DNA of 64,000 nt, from the NCBI GenBank assembly GCA_040954595.2, contig CM082582.2:10407483-10471482 (forward strand), given 5' to 3'. Source of the stretch: Balanoglossus misakiensis (lineage: Eukaryota; Animalia; Hemichordata). The notes under the pieces were generated by a model, which saw nothing but the letters and a program-made list of their open reading frames with translations, was not told the DNA's origin and did no database searches. Below, piece by piece: positions 30,655 to 43,287 of this stretch. The stretch's first letter is position 1. The number at the start of each line of letters is the position of its first letter. Made by a program: the position numbers and the translations under genes.

Positions 30655-33600
30655 TTACTTCAGTGACTGTCTCTGTAGTTTACTGATCAATTCAGCTTGG
30701 TCCTTCAATTGTTTCCGTAGGGCCATCAGTTCCTGATCTTGTTTGGACACCGTGCTCTCCAGCCTCGCGATCACCTCATCCTTGCTCTTGTACATCTCGC
30801 CATTCAGCACGTCCCTGGCGCTGGGTCTGAGTGCGCTCTCCTTGGCCAGCAGTCTCTGGATCACTGAATGCTGTATGGGCCATCTGTCTTTGATGATGTC
30901 TGGTATTTTGCCCTCCCTGATATCGGACAGGCATCTGACTCTTTCCATTTCGGTGCCGAATGGGTGGAAGAGTTCGAAGAGGATGATCCCGACGCTGTAC
31001 ATGTCAGACTGAAAAAAATAAAGACAGGTTGCCGAATTGGAATACATGTATGTCCATATAAAATTATTTGAAGCATACTAGTACTACAAAACGTTTCTGA
31101 AGAGGGCAGTGTTTTAAATCATTTGAACTCTAGAGGGCGGTGTTTTACAGAATAGTTTTACTGTGTTGACAAGCACAGTTTCAAATCAATCATAAATGAA
31201 ATTAATATCTGTCTACATAACACACACAAGAACAGCAGCTTGTGGCATATTCTCCACGGAATCAAGGCTGACGAATTTCTTACCTTGCTGTCATAGAAAG
31301 ATCCCTTCAGTTGTTCTGGGGAGGCGTAAGTATATGTGCCAACTCCTGATGTATGGTCCGAGCACTGGTGGCAAGAGGCTATGGATGCATGGCAAGAGAA
31401 AACAAATATACATGATTAATGCCTGCACTTTTGAACCGAAATAAAGTTGACAGTTAGGGTTGTACCAAATCTTGGAAGTGGTGGGGTACATCAGAATGCC
31501 ATTCTTACCAGCCGTCACATCAGTGCACATCGGGGTCAAGGGCGTTTCTCGGTCAACAGCATCCTCCCTTGCCAGTCCAAAGTCACCAATAAGTACGCGG
31601 CTATCACCGATTCCAGTAATGTCAAGGAATATGTTTCTTGGCTGCAAAATAAAGACATTATACACATCCATTTATCATTCATGTATATTGCCTTGAACAT
31701 GGAAGTGACGTTGTTACAAAATTATATAAAGGCACCTGAATTTGAACTTTCACTAGATCTTACCTTTAAGTCTCTGTGCATAAGACCCTGGTTGTGAATG
31801 TAACCAACACCTTCAAGAAGCTCCTTGAAGATCTTCATGTTCATGTCGACATCCACCACTGAGAAAGGATCTGAAATATGCAAGATATTTTTACTGTCAC
31901 AGTATGTAGTACACCAGAGTGATTGTCTGTAAGAAACTGTTGACAAAAACAGTGACACATGCACCATTGAAATCTGACACAGTGTCATACCTGTTGGAGA
32001 TTGGAACTGACTGGTATTTCGTTCCACTAACCAGTCCCTGAGAGTGTGTGAACAAATCTGCATCTGGATGAACAACATGATACCATATTGCTGCATATTA
32101 AAAAAACAGAGAAAGGAGAAGTAAATAACAAAGGTCGATATTACCTATATAGTGTAGGATACAGGAATGCAAAAATGTTCACAATGACCAACAACCTACA
32201 GAGATTTTCCACCTACCAGACCAAAGAGTCCCCCACTTGGGCCATACTCGATTCCATCATCAGAGCTGTATTTCTGTTCCCCGTGCCTCCTGGCATAGTG
32301 TTCTCCACTCTCTGGTTCCCAGCTGTAGCTCCTGTTCATCATTTTATTGCGAGAGCTATAACTCCCTTCAGCGAGCAGGCCTGCAGAAAACGTAAACCCG
32401 TTGACAGAACGAGATAGGCTAGTGTCAATCACGTCTATTTCTTCGTCCTCGGTGCTGTCATCATATTCTGCGTGCTCCTCTTGTTCGATAGAAATCTGTT
32501 CTTCTTGGTGCTGAAATCTCCACATTGTTCCCTTGTCTGCAGTCGTCACCTTTCCGTTGCTCTGTCTCATTTCGCTGCTTATAGTCCTGTGATGTTCCTC
32601 AAAGGTGATCATCATCTGCCCAGTCTGAAAGTGAGCCTTTTCCGTGACGGAGCTCAGCGACATTTGGGCGAGATGCGAGTGTTTGGGTGAATTCATCGGG
32701 GTTTCAAAACTGTCCTCCTCCTCCCGATTCTCCTGCAGCCTGGAGCTCAAATAACCCTCCCTCGGGGAATTCATGGGAGTTTCAAACTCGCCGCTGTCCA
32801 CACCGACACTTTTACACTCAGGGTGAGAACATTCCTCCTTCTTTGATCTGTATTTGCCATACTCTATTCCTAGCCTCTGAGTCGAGAGGTGTGATGAGCT
32901 TGCAAATATAATGCTGTCAGAGCTGGAACAGGAAAATGAATGAAGTAAAATATAAACTTGGTAGATTCTGAATAAGAAACAAGTAAAAAAAGTTTATTCT
33001 CCTTCCAGTTTACGTCTCTCACAACATTAGTACAAGCGGCAAAATCCCTGTCTTACATCCTAGCTTATTACGATACTCACCTAAAACTATTGCTTTCAAT
33101 CACATGTTCATCTGAAGACTGTGATGACAGCGACGAATCTACATCTATCGGTGGTAAAGTCTTGAAGGGAGTCTTGGCCAGTGACACCCTCTCTAACCAT
33201 GCATTGTTGTAGCCCACAATATTTGGATGGTGCATTCCGGCAAGCAGCTTAGCTTCTCTTAGAATCTACAAGGAAGTTGGAACAGCCCGTCAATGTACAT
33301 ATACATATACCACCAGTGTCATTTCAAACAAATTTTGAATAACACTACCAAAGAACAGAAGTCACTGTGCCCTATATTCTTACCTTTAAGCAGACATCAG
33401 GGTCATTTTCTTTCAACAGAATTTTCTTCACTGCATAATTCCTGCCATCAAGTTTATTTTTCACCTGAGCAAAGTGACAGAATATTACTGTGTGTGTATT
33501 TACAGTTTTAGAGTTAAGGAAGTGGTTTTCTTGAAACCTGTAGCTGTAGTCTTCAGAGCAGTCATGCTCTTCACAGGACAGTGTGCTTAGTTTGGTCCAA

Positions 33601-34815
33601 GAAATTTTCCCATAATTCCTTACCTTGTACACACGACCAAAGCCTCCTTTCCCCAGAGTGCCCAGCTCAATAAACTCTTCTCGGTAACGACTCGTGAAGG
33701 CATTGAAGAATTCTTCTTTCTTGATCTGCATATGGTGGGGGACAATCTCGCCATTTTGCATGAGATGGGCCACTTTTTCTGATAAAGTGAATGGCAGTGC
33801 AAGATGTCTTGGCTGCAAAAGAAAGAGCAGACGTCACGGCATGAAAAAAATTGAGTTTTATATAGGACTGATTGTGACATGATCACTTTCAAGCAAAGTT
33901 GGAGGAAGCATATCACCATTTCTCAGAGACAGGTTCAAATTAAAGGCTTTGTGAATCAACCCTACCTCTTTTGGTAGTGTAGCCACGGCAGATTTCAGCA
34001 AGTTGCTCAAAGCGCTTTGGTATTGGGCTCTCATGGAGCTGAACTCATCCTGGTGAAACAGTGGTGGCAATTGCTACAGGAAAATAAAATGCAGATGTCA
34101 ATTTTAATAGTTTGGTGAACTGAAATATGTGTACAGGGGAACTTTACCATATACTGATTCAAGTAGCAAGGAAGTCAGCACTTAGTCAATAACTTTGAAC
34201 TTGCCTTCATGTCTGCTAACTTCTGACATGTTATCTGGAACAGCTGGGTGGATCTCTCAGGGTTACTTTCTAACACTTTACACAATTGCTCTATCAGTGA
34301 TACCACAAGCAGGTGATCTGGTACAGTTCTTCTGGCTCTGTTCAGTCTTTGAATAATCTGACCTCGCTGACCTGCCTTGATTTTATCCACTGGGGATGAT
34401 GATAGTACTTTCTTAGCTTTAAGGTCGGATTCTGAAAAGAAAATGTCTTTCGTTTTCTATTATGATGAATGTGGGTAGGCCATAAATCTGCATGACTTTG
34501 CAAAAGCACCAATAAAATAGGTTGGTAGGAATAATAGTTGCATTAATGATTGTAGTGGGTACACTTTTAATCACGGGCGGCGTCGTCACCATGACAACGG
34601 AAATCGACATGTGATATGATCCATATGGACTCAAACATTGTTGCTATATCACTTTTTTTTTCAATCGTTACCCGATGAACGATCCCAACGTATGTTTATG
34701 ATTCTACCAAATTCAACACGCCTTGTAACTTACCGTCGAATTCCTTCAGTGTACTCGGGATTTTAAGCTCAACTTTTGATAAAGTTCTTGGTCTTGCGTT
34801 CTGTTTGCTGAACAT
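30655..34815 (-). CDS. EIF2AK1: eIF2-alpha kinase 1 (HRI)-like, multi-exon
   Basis: HRI N-terminal motifs ([26 protein letters not shown]); [38 protein letters not shown]; long kinase insert; [13 protein letters not shown]|[36 protein letters not shown]; C-terminal coiled coil. Start ATG at 34815 is the most plausible one. Confidence 0.93.
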
Positions 34816-35423
34816 GTTTGTTGATATGTTATCTAAGGTGCTGGCTGACCCCACGGACCCAAAATCATGAAAATGGGGAACAACAACAGCGGTAGCCGGC
34901 AAATGGAAGGCGTAACGAAGAAAATAGCAGACTACTCTACAGTCTGTACTGTGTGGGGTGATCGTAGCCTGGTGTACATGTAAACATTACAACTCCGTGG
35001 ACACTGTACATCCGAGAACGAATCAAACTATTCGCAGTGAAATATCACAAACAGTACCACCATTGCCCATTCCTCTCGCCACTTCGTTATTCGTCGTGTA
35101 TTTGAAGTGGCATGTTACATGATGTACGTGTCCCAGATTGGTCCAAAACAGGGGATTCCCAGAGACCGGTGAGTAGTGACGCAACACCTGCAAAATTTGA
35201 ATCATTGAGGTCACCTTAGGGTCACCGATGGTTTCAAAAACGCCAGTCCCCAAATTCGTTTATCTCGAACGAAATAAACCAAATTATAAACGGTTGTTAT
35301 GTTAAAATATAGTTAAAATATTATTTTTATACAGAATTGTTCAGAGTACTTAAATATGTCCTATTACTATTAATTAAAATATCGAATCGAGCACTACAGA
35401 AATCCGAGCTACCGAATGAGAAA
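34816..35423. promoter_or_regulatory. Bidirectional promoter EIF2AK1/NAE1
   Basis: Divergent start codons about 610 bp apart in a locally CpG-rich stretch. Confidence 0.6.
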
Positions 35424-38400
35424 ATGGCAGCCCCCAGTGAAACCGGTGTTCGAATGGACAAGGAAAAGAAGTACGATCGACAGCTCAGGTAATATTTCAG
35501 GTCCACCAGTAAGCCGTACTTGCTCACTGAAGTCAAATTAACACCAGAATGAAAATTCAACAGATGGAGAATTAGCGATGGTTACGTACGGAAAGCCAAA
35601 TTGTAAGATGCCAATGACCGTGATATGTTTGACAAGTCACGCTCATTGACTAAGCACATGCACCAAGTGGGAAGTTCGTGAATGCATTGAGTATTTGGGA
35701 GCATTTGTGTGTATTGTTACAAAGTCTTTCTCCGGTATCATTATTCCTGTTCAGAACGCTCGAAAACTCAATGATCATGATGTAGTTCAGGCTTAAAAAG
35801 AGGGAGACAGGATAATTATATAGAATGGCGAATTCCCTGTTATGACGTGGAGGTCAAAGGGCATTCAAGGCCACAAATGTTTTTCAGTGGGCGTGTCAGC
35901 TGGTAACGGTGGCTTTGCATTCCTCTGTGGGTATGCACTTGACTCAATACTTTGAAGCCAGAAACCTTGAATTGTGCCAAGTTTCTTGTTCTGTCGTGAA
36001 ATGGGTGTATTTTATGCTAATACATTGTTGTTGTTTTTATTTAAAAAGGCTATGGGGAGATCATGGCCAAGCTGCCTTGGAATCCGCAAAAATTTGTCTG
36101 ATCAATGCTACGGCTACTGGAACAGAAATCTTGAAAAACCTAGTATTACCAGGAATCGGGTCTTTTACAATCATCGATGGAAATAGAATATCTGGGCAAG
36201 ACATCGGCAATAAGTGAGTGCTGTCAGCTAATAGTCACCGTTAATTAATAATGCAAATAAAGTGTGCACCAACAAAGTTTCCTTTGAAACATTCCCTGAT
36301 CCCAATTTAATTTTTTCTGCTTCTAGCTTTTTCCTGGACAAGGATAATTTGGGTAAATCCCGTGCAAAAGTCGCGACAGAATTATTATGTGAGTTGAACA
36401 CTGACGTCAGTGGTGACTTCGTGGAAGAGGTAAGACTCTTTTAATTGACTTTAGTCTGTTGGGAAGTTTTTCAATGCAACTAGTGCACACATAATTCCTT
36501 GTACATTTCTTGTTATTTCGCAGACTGTAGAACAGTTAATAGAAAGTAACACGCAGGTTTTCAAAGAATTTGATGTTGTCATAGTGACAGAGCTAGCAGA
36601 GCGGTGAGTATTTCCCAGCTATTGTTGTCACTCTTAGAAAAAAGACATACCAACAAGAATTAATCAAGAATGCTAGCTTTCAATGGATAGTTTCACGTTA
36701 TAAGAAAATGATTCCCATTTTGGAGAAGACGATGCCAAATGCGGCATTGTACTCAAAGACTTCATTATACACTTTCATTACAGGACATTACTTGACCTAG
36801 CATCCTATTTGTGGGAGTCCAGTGTTCCAATGTTGATTTGCCGGAGTTATGGTTTCATAGGTTACATGAGAATTGCCAACAAAGAGCTCACAGGTAGACT
36901 ATTCTACTCTCGTCTTTATGAAGACATCGTTTTATAACTCAAATATGATAAGCACAGTAAGCAGAGTTAGAGGCTTCTGTACACTTGAGATGTTCTGTGC
37001 TAACCTGTATTGAAATGTTACAATATTACATGTATACCACCGTTGGAGTAAGAGTGTTCAGAATTTTCTTCTAAAGTCTCTCTTTATTTGTGTCATCAAG
37101 TAGTGATAGAGTCTCACCCAGACAATGCACATGAAGACCTGCGGTTAGACAGACAATTTCCCGGCCTGATACGTTATGTAGACAGCATGAATTTAGAGTC
37201 AATGACAAAGCAGGTAAGTTGAGGAAACAATTCCCGTTCTAATGACTATACTAGTCCAAGATCACTGAGGCATAATCAGTATTTATGGACATACATTGAG
37301 TGATGGACCATCATTTGGATGGCACATGTATTAATCTTGTATAACTTTCCTTTACCTGCAGGAACATAGCCACACACCATATTTGGTAATCATAGCAAAA
37401 TATTTACAGGAGTGGCGGGCACAGGTAAGGAAAACAAGTTTTAGCTCTGAACTGCCAAATATGATCACTTGGTGTTCTTATCATCTGACAAGACTACTGG
37501 AAATACTGGAGAATAATTTGTTCCTTCATTTATTCGTTCTTTCATTCATTGCAGAATGATGGCAATCTCCCCAAAAACTACAAAGAGAAGAACAAACTCA
37601 AAGACATGATCCGGGCAGGGGTGCGGAAGAATGAAGAAGGCGTCGAGGAACTGGAAGAGAACTTCGACGAGGCTGTGAAAAATGTCAACATTGCCCTAGT
37701 ACCAACAGCTATACCAGCAGAAGTGAAAAATATATTCAATGATGATTGCTGTACAAATTTGACATCTGATGTGAGTACTGTGTTGTTTTCTCTAGGAATA
37801 ACTGAGTTACCAGATGAAGTGCAGTAGAAATATGTTTTTGACTGACTGGCAAAGGATCTAGTGTATAGATGTAGATGAGAAATATTAACGACGATAAGAC
37901 CTTTGCCTCATGGACCGCACTGGTCAATACTGATGGCAATTCTGATCTTGACAGTCATGCAACTGTAACGGTTGTTGTCATTCCTGTCCTCCAGAGCTCG
38001 CCATTTTGGATTATCAGTCACGCCATTAAACAGTTTGCGGAGAGCGAAGGCAAGGGGGCGCTTCCACTCCGAGGTTCCATTCCAGATATGACGGCAGACT
38101 CCAAGAGGTTTATCCAACTACAGAATGTGTAAGTTTTGACTATGTCATTGTATGTACCACTGAAGTTGCTTGCTCAGATTGCATTGTACTGTCATCAAAG
38201 CCAGACACGAATAAATTGTCATTCTGCAAACTTTTGAAAACAAATTTATCCAGTTCTGATGCTCATTTGTAATTTTAACAAAACATATTTATGCAGGTAC
38301 CGAGAACAAGCATTACAAGACTATCAACTAGTGACGGAAAGAGTCCACCATATTTTAAGCATGCTGGGTCTGGTGAGTAGTGATCTGGTGTGTTGCTGGA

Positions 38401-39593
38401 AAACATTGGGGATCTCCGGGAAAAGATGGTATTTTTGATGCCAGGATGACCTTGATTCCACAGAAGTGTTACTGTGACAGAGTGTGGCTAGATTTTGGAG
38501 ATCTTCATAGTTGTTGTCCCTAGCATGGATCAAGTTACAGTTGCCCCTCTTTATTTCTTTCTCTCTTTCCTGCAGCCGCTAGATTACGTTCCTGATTCGG
38601 ACATCAGGCTCTTCTGCAAGAACGCCCACTTTGCACGTGTGGTCCGGTGCCGGCCCTTGGCGCAGGAGTACAACCCAGACAAAGCCAAGACAGCAGATAT
38701 TGGTCAGTAATAATTAGAGTGAAAACCAAAACACTTCCTATAAGAAGATGCTGTGTAGCACCATCAGCTCTGTCTTGATTTTTGGTTTCATTCAGTTGGC
38801 TGACTCTTTCTCAGCTCATACAATTTTTCAGAGCTATAGATCTGAATAAAACCTCTTGTATTGAAACTCTGACTGGATATCCTGTGTTTCTTATCTCCAC
38901 AGCAACCAATCTAGAAAACCCAGATGGTGAAATAGTATTCTACATCCTGTTGAGAGCCGTGGACAGGTTTTACAGTCAGTATAGTCGTTATCCGGGTTTC
39001 TATGACGACCAAGTGGAAGCTGACATCCCAAAGTTAAAGGTAAAGTTGGTATTGGTTTCAAGCTTGGTTGGATTTCATTGTGAAAAATTAACCTGAATAT
39101 TCTCCATGTCGCTGTTAACAAAGTTATTCAGAGACAGCTATTTTTTTACACCTCTCTCTCTAATCTGTGTCTGTCTCTCCCTGTCTCCCATTTGCACAGA
39201 ATTGCTTGAACAATATTTTACAAGAGTGGGGCCTGTCACTTTCACTCATCAAAGATGACTACATACATGAAATGTGAGTATCAGTATTGATGGTTTGGAT
39301 TCAAATTATTTTTCTGATTGAAATTTGCAATAGTGCAGTTGGTGGATGGATGGAAAGCATGAAAATCAACTGTTGCTGTTTTCTCGTTTCATTATGAGCC
39401 AATTTAATGTGTCTGTCTGCCATCCTGTTTCAGGTGTCGCTATGGTGCAGCAGAGCTACACACCGTCGCAGCGTTTATGGGCGGAGCAGCGGCGCAGGAA
39501 GTTGTCAAGATTGTGACGAAGCAATTCCTGCCATTCAACAACACCTTCATATACAACGGCATGACTTGCACCTCTGCAACATTCACACTATAG
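35424..39593 (+). CDS. NAE1: NEDD8-activating enzyme E1 regulatory subunit (APP-BP1), multi-exon
   Basis: [10 protein letters not shown]|[96 protein letters not shown]; stop 39591-39593. Confidence 0.98.
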
Positions 39594-40803
39594 CCCTCGA
39601 CATCTGACCTTTGAACTCTGACTTGGATGTATTTGCCACGCACAAGGCTATTCGGTTACAAGAACAGTTCCATTTCTTTTACAGTGACCCACGTCCAGAT
39701 GCAAAAGCCACACTGGATGCAAAAGATACCATGTATCTAGAGAATTTGGAATTGAAATTTCTGAGAAAAAGCCTTCTGTTGTGAACCGATATCCTAGATG
39801 TATATATAAACTTAAAGACGTACACCTTTGTATTATGGCCACAGTGTATATACCCAACTGCAAGTGGCAGTTGCTAGCTTCTTCTCTCCAGACACTTGTT
39901 ACTGGAGGGCACACTTCGCTGAAGTGAATGAGGCTTCAAGGAGTTGCGGTGACATGGTTCATATAGATCATCATCATGGCAGGTTCTGTCACCAACCCCT
40001 CTTTTTGCCTCAGTTAACCATGGGAGGAAAATCGGATCCTACAACTACACATCATGTGATTTCTCTGAATCTGCAAATGACGTGGAGTGCCCTGAGTGGT
40101 CCTGGAAACAAAGTTCTCAAGTATTTTGGTCGCAGGAGTCTAACGTTATGACCTTAAAATGAACCTGTGCTTCCAATTTTCTGATTATGTTCTTGTAGTG
40201 ATTGGAATATTGTGAATGGGAGATAGCACTCTACAGCAGATTTACAAGAGGTAATTTCATGTTGGGTGTATTAATGCCACATTGTCTGACTGTTTATAAG
40301 GAAACGATTGACCGTCTTAGTGACTATAAACTTGGTATACAAAGCTCCATATTTTTTTTCATGATGTCATATATCTAGCTAAAGCAACACCATGTTAACT
40401 AAGAATTGTTTTTTTTTCAAAAATAAAACCAAAGAAATGCATCTGATCAATGCTTGATATTATTTTTGGGGGAAAAAATGACTAAACACACCACACAAGG
40501 AACTTTTGACTTAAAAATAACTTATTTTATTGGATTTCACAGGTTACAAAGACTTCCTCGCTTGAAAGACAAGGAACAGATATCTCTGGCATACCTGTGA
40601 CCCTCTGTCACTAACAGCAATTTTTTTTCTGCACAGAACACACAGAGTGCAATTTGTTTTCAAGACTATGCACGCATATATGAATTTGATATTCTTCCTT
40701 TGTACATATCAACCGAATTACAGCAAATAAAATCACTTGGAGGGGGGAAAGATTTTTCTAAAAAGCAAACATGTCCCTGAGTGAGGATCCTCATTTGCGC
40801 GGA

Positions 40804-42253
40804 TCAACCCACTACGACCGTGGTCTCGTCTGAAAATTCGTAATAGGGAACTTCTAGATTCTCGGGTGCCGGGCCCTTTCGGATGCGGCCGGATGCGTCG
40901 TAGTGGGATCCGTGGCACGGGCAGAAGTAGCCGCCATACTCCCCAGCGTGTGCGATGGGCACGCACCCCAAGTGGGTACAGACGCCAATGAGGATGAGCC
41001 ACTCGGGGTTCTTGACGCGCTCGTTGTCGTGCTCTTGGTGCCGTAGCGATGCCGGGTCGACGCCTTGTTCCGTCTCAATCTCCTCCCCGGTGCGGTGACG
41101 AATGAACAGTGGTTTGCCCCTCCACTTCACTGTAATGCTTTTGCCCTGAGAATGAACAATATTACAGTTCAGATCAGAAAAAAGGCCATAATATCAAAGA
41201 AAGCTATGTTTAACACTGGTATCTAATTATCTGGGGATTGTTGTGTCTGGGTGACCTGGTAGAATTGTTATAACATGTCTTACCTCTTGGATATCACCTA
41301 AATTGACTTCAACTTTGGCCAAGGCTAACACATCGGCTGAAGCACTCATGGAACTAACCAGATCTACCACTACGTTCTTGGCAGCATATGCTGCAGCTAT
41401 ACCACTGCCTCCAACGATGGTGTATGTGAACGCGCGGCGTCCTGGTGCACTTTCCTCTGCTGGCTGTTTGGGATTGGAGACTGGGTCTCTGCGATAGTAT
41501 GAGAAATCTGGCACCTTGATGTCAGTGTGAGCAAACCTCACTTGCGTTGGGCCTGTGAAAATGACGGGGAGACAAAGCAAGGATTAGAATTACTAAGGCC
41601 TTGAATTTGAAAATAAAAATGTAAGTTGCACCAACAGTTCAAAGCTTAGAGTTATGATCAGCAACAATATGAAATTGACAACTGTGAATCAGAATATGGT
41701 ATATAACACGTTACACCCCAGCTTAATGGTCCAGCTTAGAAATGAAGCATTTTATGATGTTGGAAGCAGGCAAAGTAAGTAAGCATCATGTATGTAGGTA
41801 CTAGGTAGGTACATTGCCACGACTCGGTCATTTGGACCAAGGTCAGGGTTTGTAGGACACCTACATTGTACATGTAACTGCCGTAAAACGGATCGGCCTA
41901 ACAACGCGATTGGCCATCTTGTGCCACAAATCGACAGCCGCCATTAAATGTAATGAATTTACAGATGTTATTATCAATTTTTCTAGATCAGTTAAACCAC
42001 GTCCCCGTGCAATGACATCTAGGACGTCCCACGACCTACCGTGTGGACTGGAAGTTACTTTGAGGTTACCACTCCGAGGAAGAATCTGCCGAAGTGATTC
42101 TGTTGTAAGGTTTTCCTTTTGGGTTGGTAATACTATTTTAGAAGCGGCTGGAGCAGCACAGTAGATAGGCGCACGGACTTGAGAAGCAACTGCCTGTGCT
42201 GTCGCGGACAAATATGGGCCTAAAACCCCACTACGGGCAGTTACAGACATCAT
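40804..42253 (-). CDS. UQCRFS1: Cytochrome b-c1 complex Rieske iron-sulfur subunit, 3 exons
   Basis: Exons 42253-42040, 41552-41284, 41145-40804. Mitochondrial presequence, [21 protein letters not shown], Rieske boxes CTHLGC and CPCHGSHYD. Confidence 0.99.
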
Positions 42254-42414
42254 TTTGTCGTGCCAATGTGGTTTTGCACGTCCGCAAGCCGGCTAAATCA
42301 AAGATGGCGGAGACGGCGTATGTGACGTCACAGAAAGTAGACCACCTAAGAAAGTCCAGAACATTTTCACAAATTTTTGTGGCTTTTCTTTTGATTGGGA
42401 CATACGAATTTGAG
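42254..42414. promoter_or_regulatory. Bidirectional promoter UQCRFS1/ZC3H18 with YY1-like and CRE motifs; probable 5' exon of ZC3H18
   Basis: AAGATGGCGG at 42301-42310, TGACGTCA near 42323, donor GAG|GTATGA at 42414/42415, acceptor TTTTTAACAG ending 43212. Confidence 0.6.
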
Positions 42415-43287
42415 GTATGAGGGAAATGGTTGTGATCGTTCAATTTCATAGACTTCATGTCTGGTTGTTTTCGCGTAATGCCTACTACACAACTTTGCTC
42501 CAAGATGATTATCAAAGAAGATATTTTGCTATAAACCTAGGAGTACCAAAAGTTCAGCGCTTTGCGTGTACCATGTGACGTATATTAGCCAACCAAATAG
42601 GGGTAAATTTCCACCATTTTGTTTGACGGGATCTCCCCTTGTGATATTGATGCTCTGTCTATCATCATATCGCGATTTCGTCCCGACTTCTGCAATTTTG
42701 CAACATGTATCCTGACAGTTTTATAATCTGAGATCGCCTTAAACAATTGGTGAGTATGCAGCGTCTGTTAAATTGCACTTATTCCTTCATTTGCAAGAGA
42801 ACCGGACGTCAAACCGTTGTGCTCACGTTTTTGCACTCTCGTGATTATGAGTGTCGTCGTATGCATTTGTCAAGTCAGTCAGACGTTAGCAGGGACTGTG
42901 TCTTTACCAAACTGCAACACTGCCAAAATTCGGCAGCCGTTTAAAAGTCCGTCACTCGCCAACGTACACGTCATCACCAGAAATGTTTATCTTCTGTGTC
43001 AAAACTTAGGAACCATGCTGTATCCCATGATGCATTGTAATAAACCTAATAATTGATATTGTCATTTTACTGAACAATTTATGTCAAAAACATAGTGTTT
43101 GAACACTTTCACATATTAAAACCGGGCTTATAGATTATACATTGCCCTGACTCCAAACAGACAGTATTCTTTTGAATATTAATACTAATAATGTACCATT
43201 TCTTTTTAACAGAGCCCAGTGGAAGACCTTGTGACAAAAGGATTTGATGTAACACTTTTGCCAGTCTTGTGTTGAAAATTCGCGGTA

